64,000 bases of DNA from Tubulanus polymorphus (lineage: Eukaryota; Animalia; Nemertea), in contig NC_134035.1 of NCBI RefSeq assembly GCF_964204645.1, positions 8,836,451 through 8,900,450 on the forward strand. The letters are read 5' to 3'. The position numbers and the translations under genes were made by a program. The first letter of the stretch is position 1. Each line of letters starts with the position of its first letter. The notes beneath the pieces were generated by a model, which worked only from the letters and a program-made list of their open reading frames with translations, did not search any database and was not told the origin of the DNA. Of this stretch, positions 1 to 14,300 are shown piece after piece.

Positions 1-1424
1 ACGTTGGTGAAACCGCAGCGACTACTAGAGCGACCACTAGACTGATGCATAAGAAACTCAACACTAGCTAATGGGGAATAATTGCATACAAATTAACCGA
101 AAACCCTCTCGCCGAGCTATTTAATCAACGCGTCTATATTTCCGATGGGGATTAAAAGGTGAACATGCGACGTATTATCGCTGTGAAATATGCTGATTTG
201 TTTTTCGCGAATGCGGTACGCAATTGCGGATTGGCCAGGTATTTGGTTTACATCGTTCTCTCGGAAGTTCTGCGATGGTGAGACCCGACCAATAGCGACA
301 GATATCGTCCCAGACTCAGTCGGTTTTAACCAAGTCAAACCGTCGTTCCTTCTTCATCATCATTTTATAGGCTGGTGGCACCACCGACCTGGAAAACCCG
401 AGGAGTCAGAAAGGTCTAGGGAAAAAATCCGGGAAAACTCTCGGTCCAGTTTCACAAAAAGGTTTAACTCTTAAATCGGTTTAACTTCTTCGTGAATTCA
501 GTTTATCTTAAATCGATTTAGGCCTTAATCATTTTTGTGAAACTGGGCCCTGGCGAGTTTGTAAGAGTGGTATTTTCTTTGACCCGTGGGCCAACTCCAT
601 TCGTTTGCAATTGAGTTAATCCGAAGGTTAAAGTTAATACCAGTCGATAAAACCAGCTCCAGGGAATTTGGATAATGTTATTGACCACATGTTTCTTCAT
701 CAGTGTGGGATTCAATGAAAAATGAATCAATTGTAACATTTAAAACCTAGAAATTTCTCTGATTCACTCGGGGATTTGGTAAACTCAGGGACTTGTAAAT
801 AGGTGGAAAGTAGCCACTCCCTATATTCTTCAGTTATATAATGGCTCTGTCGGCGATATTGGATCGACGGTTACCATCCCAGTCGACAGTCGCTCTTTTA
901 ATCTACCTGGAATCAACCCGCAGCTCCGCCGCGTACTTACGTAGTGGCTACTAATTTTCTCCGATGAGTCCTCAGGCGATTAATAGCCTGTCGAAACACT
1001 CGACACGAATTTCAGCTTGTAATCAACGTTTATACGACCGGGCGACCGACCGAGCTCGGCGATCGCGGATTACTGCCGAACGACGGCCGTTTTATAGATG
1101 AAAGGTATAAATAATGGTTATTCATCGACGCGTTGATTGCGGTTATCTTGAGAAGATTGCCGGCGATTCGTCGATAATGCATCGTCCGTTGAGTCGGAAG
1201 GGTCTTCGCGAAGATGAAGATAGAAGCGCGGAAATCTTTGCGAAACGGTCTCGAAATCCTTTGAAATATGAAAGCAAAATCAGCGAGAGTTAATGTGCAC
1301 GTGATTACAGGCCACGCTGAATTATACGGCTTATAGCGGGACAATGATACTCACATTTCACCAAAGAGAGGGTGAAAAAACTGCTAGCGAAAAACTAAAC
1401 TATCGCTAAAACTAATGCTATTAA

Positions 1425-1798
1425 CCCTTTGACTAGTCAATTTCCAAAAGTGCTGGGACGGTTTTATAGTCTGGTATTACCTTTAACACAGCCCCAGGGT
1501 TAAAGGTAATACGATTCTGTAAAACCAGCCCCTGGAGATGATTTGAAAATTCTAAAATTCCACCTCAGTGCATTAAATAACAGGCATACCAATATATCGC
1601 ATCTACACCGCAGCGCGGTGTATCATTAGTTACTAATATTATAAATATAGTTACTAATAACTTTTTTCGACAGTTGCTGCTATCTTTCAGTAGGGATAAA
1701 AACTAATTACTGATGACATCAATACACTGTAGTGTGGTGTACTAGCTAAGTCCATCACCAAATTAATACACCGCACTGAGAAGTAGACATTGAAAAGG
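1425..1798. mobile_element. Degenerate piggyBac-like MITE with a nested inverted-repeat MITE (about 1455-1532)
   Basis: TTAA-CCCTTT at the left end and AAAAGG-TTAA at the right; imperfect TIRs. The inner element GGTTTTATAGTCTGGTATTACCTTTAAC...GTTAAAGGTAATAC recurs near 30622-30732. Confidence 0.45.
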
Positions 1799-2570
1799 TT
1801 AAAAAGTGCTCTTGTAAGCTATGCTAGCACTACCAAATTTCAATTAAACTCATTTAATGTTTCAAAGAGATCAAAAAGTACTAACTCGGCATACATTGTT
1901 CTACAATGAATACGGCTGCTTATCGACCCTCAAAGAGAGAGAAAGAGAGAGAAAGAAAGAAAGAAAGAAAGACTGCTATATTGAGAATTAATCTGCCTGA
2001 CGATCGTACGACAATAAATTGCGCGTTTTCAAATTACCTCGCCGTTGAAATTGATGCGACGCGTTATCGAACTTCGTTTATAATCGACGCAGAATTTCGA
2101 ACTCAAACGCAATCGGGGGCCACGCTGTGATGTGGATGGAAGCTAATTGCCCGAACTCAGCGTGAAATAATCATCGGTGGCTTCGACAGCGGCGCGGCGG
2201 CTGCGTTTACTTCATAATGCGATGCCCGATCACGTTTTATGTACTGAATATGATGGAAATAGAATAGGAATATTTGACGATCGTTTCTAGCCAGAAACAT
2301 TCTTTTAATGGTAGCGAAAGAACTAATCGTTGCGGTGAATTATCCGCACAATGATGCTATATAGGGGAACGTGTATATGGATAATTGGAATTAATGTTCC
2401 GACGAATGCCGCTTAATGTGGCCGATGTCTGGTTCTTTATAAGGAGAGATAAAGACTTGTTCATCGGGGAGAGACTTTCATCGGCGAGTGTTGTATCGGT
2501 CAACATCCCTTTAAACGGAGTAATTTTCACAATTTCCTATTTTTCGATGTATAAAGAATTTTTCGAGTGC

Positions 2571-3096
2571 CCCCACCTGACTCCAGTGGGTGTGATACAG
2601 TCCCCACCTGACTCCAGCGGGTGTGATACAGTCCCCACCTGACTCCAGCGGGTGTGATACAGTCCCCACCTGACTCCAGCGGGTGTGATACAGTCCCCAC
2701 CTGACTCCAGTGGGTGTGATACAGTCCCCACCTGCATCCAGTGGGTGTGACAGGGCCGGATTTAGGGGGGGTAGACTGGGTGGACTGGTCCATCCCCTTC
2801 GAAATTCGATGTGCCCTCCAAAGTCTGAAAAAAATTGTTTGCTAAGAAAATTTTTAAAAGACTAAAAATAGATACAAATGGGTCCTTATGAGAAAAGCCC
2901 TTCTGATTGTCCTAAATTTTCTGTGGGAGGGCCACCAGAACCCCTACTAATGTTTCGCTTGCAGCCCTCACATTGCCAAATCTGCCCTTTCAAATTAAGT
3001 GCCCATTCGAATTTCAAGGTCCACCCCTTTCAAAGGATCCTAGATCCGCCCTTATGTGATACAGTTCCCACCTGACTCCAGCGGTTGTGATGCAGT
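2571..3096. repeat. 31-bp minisatellite (CCCCACCTGACTCCAGYGGGTGTGATACAGT), about 7 copies, split by a MITE
   Basis: Units start at 2571, 2602, 2633, 2664, 2695 and 2726; the array resumes at about 3055 after the insertion. Confidence 0.9.
2751..3054. mobile_element. hAT-like MITE (CAGGGGCGGATCTA-type ends), 5-bp TSD TGTGA
   Basis: Imperfect 14-bp TIRs with TGTGA on both flanks; a truncated homolog lies at about 16087-16345. Confidence 0.7.
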
Positions 3097-3594
3097 TGTA
3101 ATGGGGCTCTACAGCAGGCTGCATAGGTGATAGCAGCAACGAAATAAGATTCTGAAAAAAATCAGTAATCCGAATCCGCAATATTCCAGCAGTTCACTTC
3201 ATGTGTCAACTATGTATTCGAAGAGGTGTCTTAAACATGTCTTAATCATGTTCTGTATCGCCTTCCGCTTTTTTGTAACTGGCTCAGTTCCCGACGCGTC
3301 GAGCTCAATGCCCTGTGACTGCGTTAAACAATCTTATCTATCGATTGCCATCTTCTATTCATAACTATTATCATTGCTTTATATCGAGACGTATACAATC
3401 CAAGGTAATAATTGATAAAGAACGAACTGGAAATATCGATCAACGCCTCGAGGGTCGACTCGGTCTAATTCAATTATCTCTCCCGAGATCAAAGACTCGC
3501 GAGCTACAGGTTTTTTTTTAAAGTTGTCGGCGAGTTTAGAAAGTCGGCACGCAGGGACCACAGTCTAAACTGTGAGTTCGAAGACGTTGATTAT

Positions 3595-3921
3595 AGCCAC
3601 GATCACGCAAGCATTTTTGGCCCGGGCCAAATTTGGCCCGGAACAACTGTTCACACGGGTGCCAAATGGGCCTGAGCCTGTTTGGCCCGGACCAAATTTG
3701 GCCCGACCAAAAACGTCGGACGAGGCCCGAGCCTAATTTTAGCACCAGACAAATCATAATGTTTGAATTGCAAGTGGCACCGGAAATGATCCACTTCGCT
3801 TTGTTTGAGCATTGTTGAGTATCGAGTGAATGGTTTGCGCGTGATCGTGACGACAAATTTGGCCCGAGCCTGATCGGTGCCAATTTGGCCCGGGCCGAAT
3901 CTTCTCCGTGTGATCGCGGCT
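3595..3921. mobile_element. Non-autonomous TIR element with internal GGCCCG repeats; second copy at about 8882-9196
   Basis: Inverted ends AGCCACGATCACGC and GTGTGATCGCGGCT; the two dispersed copies align by eye. Confidence 0.75.
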
Positions 3922-4827
3922 AATAATGAATAATAATAATGACGTTAAGCCGGTTCTATGGACGCGTCGTCGGGCGGCGTTCGCGCATTTATACGAAGCC
4001 AGAGATCATCATTAGCGCATTCGAATTGAAATGCAATTGCCCTTTAAAGTAATTGCATTACTTAGGCAAATTGCGTTCGTTTTCTCCATCAGTGATTTCT
4101 ATTCGACGCAGGTAGACGGGTTGAATAACGACTTCTTCACATCCGAATCAGCGACATTAGTTTTCGCTTTAGACTGCAGTACGGCAATATGCGCTTTGAT
4201 CGAAGCTACTTGTAGATATCACTCCCCCGCACTCACTCCCTCCTCTCACCTTCACCGCACTCTCTCGCGCCTTTCTTCCTGTGATTTGATAAACACACAT
4301 ATATTTCTAGCCTCGAGGACCTGCCCCCCTTGATCGAAATTATAAGACGATAAAATCGTCGATACTAATGGATGTTCGACATTTTTCAACTGCTCAGCCT
4401 CAGGTGTATTCATGACGGTTTATCGTCGAGATCAGACTCGACAGATGCGCGAGCGCGGTACTCTTTTACTTTTTACTGAACACTGAACACAATTCTCCCG
4501 GGGTCGATATCTGGCTTCTGTTTCGAATCTACAAAAAAAAACCTATCCTATGCTGTCTGCGCAAAACCACCCGTTCTGGTTCTGAAAGGTTTTTTCGTCG
4601 CCTTAATTCACTATACAGCTATATCTATATGCTATCATTGGTATCAATTGACCATCATCTTTTTTGAACAGGTAATTCCTGAATTCCTAACATATTTTGC
4701 TTATTGGTGGAGCAAGAAATTTAGCTGACCTCACTTTCATAACATCCTTTGGTATATATACCTTAACAGTATGGTCATCACGTGCTTGAATATGAAGTAA
4801 ACTTGTTTGAAGAATTGAAAACAAGGA

Positions 4828-5074
4828 CAGGAGTGGATCCAGGAATTTTGCTGGGGGGTTCATGCTTATTCAAATGGCCGAAAATGTTAAGAACTTGGCA
4901 TTCTGAGACACAGTCTGAGGTGTAATTGTTGGGGCTGTAATTAGCTGGGCTCGCTAGGCTTCTGCAATAAGTACATTTTACCTTCTAATCCTGGAAAGGT
5001 AGATCCCAAATTTTGAAAGAGGCTTTTAGGGGGGTTCACCGGCAACTAATGGGCTCCCTATAAATCCAGCCCTG
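4828..5074. mobile_element. hAT-like MITE, 5-bp TSD AAGGA
   Basis: CAGGAGTGGATCCA...TAAATCCAGCCCTG flanked by AAGGA on both sides. Confidence 0.65.
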
Positions 5075-5342
5075 AAGGAAACCATGAAATCTGAATGTCT
5101 GAATATTCTAGCAGATCACTACACAACATTAATATGCTGGTGACTTAATAGTTTAGGACTTTTGTTGCTGGATCAGTGAGTCTGCAGATAACACCGATGC
5201 ATTTCATGGTCGCATGACATGGTTTCATCGGGATTCAAACCCACCTCCTCTGGGTTGAGAATCAAATGCCTTATCCAATAAAACGTGATGTTTGATGTAG
5301 TTTTGCTATTGTTTTGATGATAATTTCTATTTCTCGTTGCAG

Positions 5343-8300
5343 TTTTTTATCTTCCTCTTCCTCATATTGTGCGGCGAGATATCAGCTGGTGTGTTGGCAT
5401 TCCTCTATAATCAACGGGTAAGTCTAATTTGTTAGAACACACGCGCGAGTCGTCTTTCTAATCCTACATTGATAACTTAATTTGTGGTCAGTCACGAACA
5501 GCCATCCATCGCATAGAACAGTTTCTTTCCTTCACGAATAGCCATCCATCATATGGAACAGTTTCTTTCCTCCTGAGTTCGAGCAGGCCAAAACCTCTTT
5601 CAGACTTTTAAGCAAAAGCGGAAACATTCAATTTGTTTCGTAGTTTACATAGCCAATAGTGATTGAAAATTTGAATGTTCCCAATACGGAATACCAAACT
5701 CTTTAAAGAACAAGAGAGTTTTACGAAGATGTTTAACTTGATAATGATGTGATACAACAATCCGTACGGACCTCAAATTTCGGCACAATACGACACCAGC
5801 CTTGGATTCGATAGCCTTAGAGGTTGTTGTGCCATACCATTTTTGAATTAACAGCGTTATGAAAATATTGAACTTTCGACTAAAACTCGCTAGTTTTCCC
5901 TGGAGTTCGCTTGTCCGCATCGGAAACATTGAATTCAATTTTCTGGTTTCGACAGTCGTGAAATGGATAATTCTATTATCAATTTCGTGAATTTCCGTCG
6001 CATCAATGACGATGTCTGTCGCTCGCGCGGTAGTTTCTCGCAGTCTCTCTCGCGCGCTGTTCCTGTCTTTTAATTAAACGTGCCGTATGCTCCTCGATCA
6101 TAAGCGGCCTCCCCGTCGGTAAATCCATTAACTTATTACCCGTCTAAATGCGCCCGCGTACGATGCAGTTTGCGCGGTTTTCGCAAATTGGAAACCGTCT
6201 CTTCTCGAAACCGTACCCGTTCCTGATAATAGCTGAAATTAATAATTCATCGAAACTCGTGCAACTCGAGAGTCTGAACGAAAATAGTTAAAATCCATTT
6301 GCTTCCATTTGCTGTTATCTTTAATTTGGGGGTAAAAAATGCTTTTGGAGCATTCCTGCCACAGCCAATTTTAGCGACATCCCGCCGAGGAATATAATGA
6401 GTAACAATTGAAAAACCATGGGGCATCCCGGTGTTTGAGTTATTGAGTTGTACGGTGGGAGTCTTGTTATAGCGACCCCAGATTTATTGGCAATTAAAAT
6501 CTCTCATCCCAAATAGGACAATTTTCAGTGTTTTCAGTAAGAAATCAACAAGCCAAGTCCCATTGAAAAACAGGAGGGTCCCATAATATGTCACGGTCCC
6601 TGAAACGATAGCTGGTTTGAAGAAACAGGCGGGTCCTTTACAAACAACAGACGGGTCTGGGACCTGGGACCTGGCTCTTATTGAAATCACTGATTTTGGT
6701 AATTTCATACTGGATATACTGATAGTATAGGTTTTAACAAACAGATTTTCTGGTCCTCTGAAGTAACCACGAGTTTCCACTGGATATAGAACTATTGGTT
6801 ATAAAGAACAGATTTTCTAGTGCCCCGGAGCTCACTTTAACGACGTTCCGCTGTATACCATCGAATGCAGTCCATATATTTAAGGCTAGCCCGACACATT
6901 GCTTTCCCAAAGTAAAAAACCATAAAATGTCAGGCCCGTATACACCCACTATTTTGGATGGGATGCAGATTTAGATAACGCAGAACTCATTTGACGATGT
7001 AGCCTGCAACAGTGTTCAAAAACTTGAAGGGTTTTAGATTCTATTTCCAGTCTATATTAGTGAACATATTCATATAACCAAGTCATTGAAATACTAATTT
7101 TATCTAATGAATTTTCTTTGACAAAAATAGCGGAACTGCGGCTCTTTTGGGGGGGGGTGTTGCGTTCGCACCCAATGCACCCCTTTAGGTACAGGCTCGA
7201 ATGTCCCCCCCTCCCTGATCCTCAGGGGCCAGTTGCACAGTCATGACTTAAGTCCAAAAGTGGTCTTAAATCTTAAGACTGGTCTTTAAAGTTGTTAGAT
7301 TAGCTATAGAACTAAGTTGGTCTTAGACTGGTCTTAAGTCTAAGCCATGACTATGCAACTGGCCCCAGGACAAGATCCGGACATTTTTGTCCGATGCCTC
7401 GGCACGATGACCGTGCTGTTGATTCGTATTATCAATAATCTACGGGTAACAATTATCGGCGCTGACCCACAGACCGACGACGCTTAACGCGATCCCCGTA
7501 TTGTGATAAACGACGACGACGACGACGCTGAGTACAATCGGTTTTTTACTGTGGCTGATTAATTCAACGCAACAACAACGGCTCATAATACGACGACATC
7601 ATCTCGTAGAATAGACTTAGTGTCTATGACAACAGTGGACACCACACGAACGATCTGAAGAGTTACTATGATACGGCTCATCTTTACCGGTTGTTCGCCG
7701 TCGTCGTTTGTACGATGATGGCGGTTGTGATGGCTATTTTCTTTTATTCGTTCGTCCGCCTGCCTCCTCATCAATGTCGTCGTAGCTTTAAGCTAACGAC
7801 TCTTTACATCCAATGATTTCCATTATTCATGCGCTCTCTCTCTCTCACTCTCACTCATTCCCACTCTCTCTCCTCTATCTCGTATAAGAGATATTGCTGT
7901 ACAGTACCAGCTGATGTAATCACCTTTACCGTGAAAGAATCCATATCACCGTTAAAAACAAACCTTTACGCCAAATCAAACGAAATCCCCCTATTGAATA
8001 GTCAATCCTTATTTCGACCTTTACTATTGACATAATGCCAGGACGTAGCCATACTTTTATAGCCTCGCAATTTGTTGATGATACATTTACTATCAAAAAT
8101 ACAGAGGCTTCTTGATTTATTTTTGGTACCATTCATATTACGCCTGGGCAAGGCTTCCTTCTAAAAAGTATGCACCCTTTGGGGTTCCTTTATGTCCTTT
8201 TTCTTTGCTACACTTTATCATGTAGACACATTCATATAATTTTTTTCCATCTATGATCTGACTGTACTTTTGGTGAATGTACTTATTAGCTTTCTCGAAT

Positions 8301-11300
8301 TTGTTCAGAACAAAATTCGAAATATTCGTGAAGATATGAATTCCTCCATTTCTCATCGTATCAATGAAGTTTCAATTCATATATTCATACATTTTTCCAA
8401 TTAACCCCCCCCCCCCAGAATATTGTTCCCATTCTGCAGATGTCAAAAACAGGACCATCCCATAACTAGTATTCATTTCAGAAAACCTCAATGAAGAAAC
8501 GGAACTCGATCTGCGCGAATTGCTAAATGTCGCCGATAGAAAATGTACATTTCATCTCCATTTCGCGAGTAAATAAGTAATGTCGATTACTCGACGTGAT
8601 GTGTGGTCATTTCCGGCGGTCGAGTAGAGAACATAAAAAACAATTACACAATATACGTTTCTATCCGGCGTCCATTAATCATTGAACGCACTCCTGAGGA
8701 TATTACCAGACCAATTACTCATCATAACTCTTCATTTATTTCGTCCATTGCCTGCTAACGATGATGACGACATCGCCGCGCTGGGTTTTCATTCCGATGT
8801 ATACACGCAAGTACAATGAAGGGTTTAATAACATTTAAGATTCTAACATTGTCTTTCGTGAACCCCACATTTTATTACTTTATCACATGAGCATTTTTGG
8901 CCGCTGCCTTATTTGATCCGTAACAACTGTACGCCAAATGGGCCCGTGTTTGTTTGGCCCGACCAAAAACGTCGGACCAGGCCCTGGCCAAATCTTAGCA
9001 CGGGTCAAATTCTTGCGTTTGAATTGCAACTGGTTTCGGAAATGACTCACTTCGCTTTGTTTAAGCATTGTTTAGTATCGAGTGAGTGGCTTACGCGTGA
9101 GCGCGCTCTCTAATTAGGCACGGGCCAAATTCAACTCGGGCCTGCTCGGCGCTAATATTCAGCCCGGGCCGAATCGTCTCCGCGCGATCACGGCTTACAA
9201 TATATACCGCTTTTAGTCGACGACTTAAAACATCTTTTACTCCCACGATCTTCGTGCGGCAGTACTTCGACTAAGAGCCTTTAATCGGTATCTCCGCTTA
9301 AGTCTATATCGAGCCGGTGCTTCTTAGCTGTCGGTTATGATTTGAAAATTTGCATCGACTGCGCGGCTTTTCCGGGCGCAAAAGGCTTTCGCCGATAGAC
9401 GACGACGACGATGATGACACATCATCTTTTACCCGCGTATACATGCAGAGTGAGAGAGGTACGTCGGTAGAGCTCTACCTCTCCGTGCGACGACGACGAG
9501 TGCATGCTTTAGACGGAGAGAAACACAATCTAATCTGAAACCGGCGCCCCGAGTATTCACCGCCGTTGCTAAGATACAAGTCCGCAGTGATTTTCGGTGA
9601 GAAGTAAAAGGAAATGGAAGAAATGAATGCGTTAAAGAGCTCGAGTAGTCACACCTTTTACTTTCGTAAATTATACGTTCAATAGCTTCCAGTCAGGGAA
9701 CGGAGCCGCCATTTTGTGAAATAACTTAAGTTTAACATTACGTCACCATAAATGTAAAATCTCATGTAGACTGAAAATTTTATCTAAAATACTAGAAATA
9801 TTTCCGATGATTAATAAATGGTTCCAATTGTGGGATTTAAGATTTATTGTTTCATCGCGGATATCGTGATCTTAAAATAGGGATTGAACCTGTTATTTAA
9901 TTGATCGGTAGATTTCGTTTGATTTTTTGATTCGGTGTCCCTTTTACAAACCAACCACGCCAGCTGGTAGTGAAACAGGGTTTAATTTTGAAATTGGAAA
10001 TCGAAGTACATTATAGTTGTTGTGTGATTGGCAGTTGAAGGAATTTACTGATTTTTGACATTATTACCGCGCCTATAAACCATGATGTTCATGTTTTTGA
10101 AGAGGATATCAATTTGTACCGAAATATTTTGTTGAATTTCGTTTATTTCACAAAATCGCATGCTCCTTTCGGGAACTCTTTCCTGCAATCTTGCACAACA
10201 GGACAGAATTAGCAGATATCTTTGGTTCGGCACGAGTCCGGAGATTTTTGGAATGAATAATATCAGTGTTTTCAATAAGAAATTAACAAGCCAGGTCCCT
10301 TTGAAAAACAGGAGGGTCCTATAATATGTCACAGTCCCGGAAATGAAAGCTGGTTTGAAAAAACAGGCGGGTCCTTTACAAATGACAGACGGGTTTGGGA
10401 CCTGGGACCTGGCTCTTATATGACTAACTGCTAGGTGCTTCCTACTAAAATTTGGGAAATATTACAGAAAAACAAGTGTGATGAATTGATCGACTATATG
10501 ACCCAGTAAATATACATGAAACTGATATGAAACTTTTTCAAAATTCTGCCTTTTTGTCACGAATGAATAAACCTCGTTATATAAACATATGCAACCAATG
10601 ATTTAAGCCTCAACACACGTGCGAATACAATTACATATAGTCGTAAAACATTTTTTCATTTTCGATTCAACAAAAACATCTGTGCCTCGCGTAGCCAGTC
10701 CGTCAAACGTATACCATTACTACACGTCGTTATCAACAGTAGATTGTATTGAAATTTTTCCGATTTAAAGATTTATCGACTAAATTCAAAGAAGACGCTT
10801 TCATTGATTTCGAGATTCACTGCGGGCTGTATTATTCCGTGTGTACGTATTCGATAGATCTTGTATTTTAGAACGCCACTTTCCGCCCGTTTACAAATCC
10901 CCCGAGTTTTCCCTGATGTGATTACACAAAATTCCGTGACTGAATCGGAGAAATTTCTACGTTTAAAATCCATTCATTTTTCATCGAATCACATACTGAT
11001 AAAGACACACATGGTCAAATAGCATTATCCGCGAATTCTTAGGGTTTTCCATATTTTTGGTGAAATTCGTCAAATTCTCTGAGTTTTCCCTGATTTTTTC
11101 TAGATTTTCTGATTCCGTGAGTTTTTCAGGCCAGTGGTCGCAAAACATATCACCATCCTCACTCTCCTGTTTGACTTGATGAGACAGGGGCGGATCTAGG
11201 GTCTGATTCAGGGTGGGGTACATCCCCAAAATAGGGCATATCATCATTATTAAAAGGACACCCCCGAAAGAAAGCTCTGAAAACCCTCTAACTCGTGGTT

Positions 11301-14300
11301 GGGTAATACGGACAAGAAGCTAATGAATTAAAACTTTTGTAGGTAGCAACATGTTAAGGGGGGTACGCACCCTCTGTACCCTCCCCTCGGTTCCGCCCCT
11401 GCGAGAAATTACTGTTTTCTATAAGTGGCTGAATATGTTTTCGAACGTGGCGTATTATTTCATGTATCCCGTACATCGCGTGTGCGCCGGTGTACAATAA
11501 ATTCCCCGACTAATTCATGTTGAAAAAAATCGCTCGTAACATCTCGCGCCGGGGAAACACCTGAGCTAACCGTTAGCGTACTGCGTTCTTTATTACTGTT
11601 TTATCGAATCGTAATCATCCAGCTACAACGTATATATACACGTATATTCATAGTCACCGAATACACGAACATCTGATTCCCGCTCCGAGGAATTACGGGT
11701 CTAGATTTTTTTTTTTCTCGTTTCAGATTGCTAAGAGTATTAACGACGGGTTTAAAAGGAGTGTCCAGAAAGACTACGGCGACCTCGGCCGCACTCAGTC
11801 GATAGACTACGTGCAACGAACGGTACGCTTCTGCCGGGGTATACTCGGTAGTGTCCTTCATATTTTTGACCACTTGTAAATCATCTTTTGAAAAGATTAT
11901 CAACATTACTAGTATATTACGATCTCAACAGCTGCACCTGAATGGTTGGATGATCGAGTTTTTGAAATGGTTTAATTTCATGGTTCCCACAGAACAGGGA
12001 AATTGGGAAAAACTTGGGAATTTTGAAATAATAATTCCTGGTTTGGAAATATTTGGGAATTTGAAAAATTCTCCTCATATCAGGGAAATATTTGGGAAAT
12101 TCATTACATTTCACGTATTGCATTTGCCAAGGGCAACTTTCTTCAGCAGTTTCCCTTGAAAATCGCCTTTATCAACCAGTCACCGCTAAAATGTTGAGTG
12201 AAGCATGACGATATGTGTTCATTTGCATTTGGGAAAATTGAAAAATCACCCATGAAATACTTGGGAAAAACTTGGGAATTTTGAATTCATATAACTGTGG
12301 GAACCATGTTATTTGCTAGAAATAAAGATGTGACATTTCCAGATCTCTATCCCTTTCAAACAAATATATAAGATCTGTGACCTTTTCATATAATCGCTTG
12401 AAACGTTGAATCCTTTTCTGTCTCCTTCTGTCCTGATATGTATGTTATCTTCTTTTTCAAATGTCCCCAGTTGAAATGCTATGAAACGCCGCATCGTTTG
12501 TCTCTACTTCTGCCCTGAAATATGAGAGTTACGTTCGTGTTTTTTTTTTCAAATGTCTTCAGTTGGAATGTTGCGGAGGCGAAAGTCCGTACGACTATCC
12601 AGCGTCGGATTGGTACAAAAACAACAACAACGGCCGTCTGCCGAAAACGTGCTGTAAGAAAGACGTCATGCATTTACAAGGTCAGCTAGAGGAGGCTTGT
12701 GACATGACCGGATTAGTCGACGAGAAACATTTAACGCCGGCCGCCCATCAAGTGGTAAGCTATAGCCCAGGTTTCACAGTTTTGAGTTACAGTTAACTCG
12801 GAGTTAAGATTCATTTTCAATGAGTTAACTCCAGTCAAATCTTTATGCAGAACTGTGGAACTGGGTCTTGATTAATGTCTGTCTTAAGGTAAAATCCTGA
12901 AGCCAGTTTTTTAGACTTGTGACACATTAGACTTGAGAAACATTAAACGCTGGCCACTCATCAAGTGGTAAGCTGTAGCCCAGGTTCCACAGTTTTGAGT
13001 TACAGTTAACTCGGAGTTAAGATAAGTCCGTTTTCAATGAGTTAAGTCTTAGTCAAATCTTTACACAGAACTGTGAAACTGGGTCCTGATTAATGTCTGT
13101 CTTAAGGTAAAATCCTGAAGCCAGTTTTTTTAGACTTCTTATGCCCCCCCCCCCCCCGGCACAACTTTAGTTGAGAGGGGGCATATAGATTTACTCACGT
13201 CTGAATACGCCACCGCCGCGAGGGGTGTTAACAGCCTAGAGGCTTTTGTCAACCCATTGTTATCAAACTCGGTACACGAGTAGGGCATCACCTCGGGCAG
13301 AACCCTAGCTAATAACAATGGCCACCAGAGGGCTGACATGACTAAATGATGGTTGAGGATTTAGCCCTAGGGGTAACTTTGATACCCAGTCAATGAAGGT
13401 GGGCCTGGTTGAGGATTTATCACTAGGGATTACTTTGATACCCAGGCTATGAAATCCAGCCCAGGGCTCTTCGTCTCTGTTAAAGACTAGTCAAGTCAAA
13501 TTTGAATGAAGCTCACCATTTCCTTACTTCTTTGTTGACTTTTGACTCAAGAGTTTCAATTAGCACGTTTTTATTGTTGTTTTTTTTTTACCTTAAGAGC
13601 CCAAAAACAGTGGAAAGCTGGTTCCTGATCAGTTTTAGGATTAGGAATTTTTTGGGGGTATTTCGAGGTATTTATTTTGTACATTGGTGAACCCGGTTCG
13701 TACTGAAGTTAGCCTTAGGGCTGAACCATAACCTTGGGGCTTCGCACTGTGCTATCAATAAGTTGCAGATTTCTAGAGAAATTGAAAATGTTCCCCAAGG
13801 GTTGTAGGATCCCCGCTGTGTGGAAAATTCAATAATGCCAGAATGTTTTTTTTTTTTGTGTGTAGAGTGTAGAGCCTCTGTGACTCGAAGGCATGCCAAA
13901 ATTGCCCAAGTCAGCATTGTCTAAATCTTTTTTCCAATGATTTGATCTCTCATTACCGGCGTATTTCAGGGATGTGGTCCGAAATTAATCGAGTTTTTCC
14001 AGGAGCACTTGCACATAATGATAGGAGTGAGTTTAGGAGTAGCTTCAATACAGGTGAGCAGAATGACGCGTAACCTCCCTTTTCTTTATAGCGACAAAAA
14101 CCGACGCGCTTCTAAGGTGTGGCTCGAAACCATAAATATCCGAGTATATGGACATCGTTGTAACAGGATACCATAAAAATATCTAATTCACAAATGAATA
14201 TGAGATACACCTGTAGAGCATCGCTGAGATGTCGCTTGTTTGTAATTGGGATGAAAATAGAAGAAATCTTCTTCAGTGTTCCATGTAACAGCTTTCCCTC

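Noticed and set aside
955-1030. Hammerhead-like CCGATGAG...CGAAAC
   Set aside because: The core is mutated, stem II does not close properly, and no stem I pairing can be formed.
7440-7545. Minus-strand peptide TGIALSVVGLWVSAD resembling tetraspanin TM1
   Set aside because: Wrong strand and position for the host gene, flanked by a (GTC)n tract and a stop, with no usable splice sites.
9670-9720. Minus-strand CAAAATGGCGGC start (MAAPFPDWKLLNV*) as a nested antisense gene
   Set aside because: Only 13 codons and no downstream exons found; more likely a YY1-type motif.
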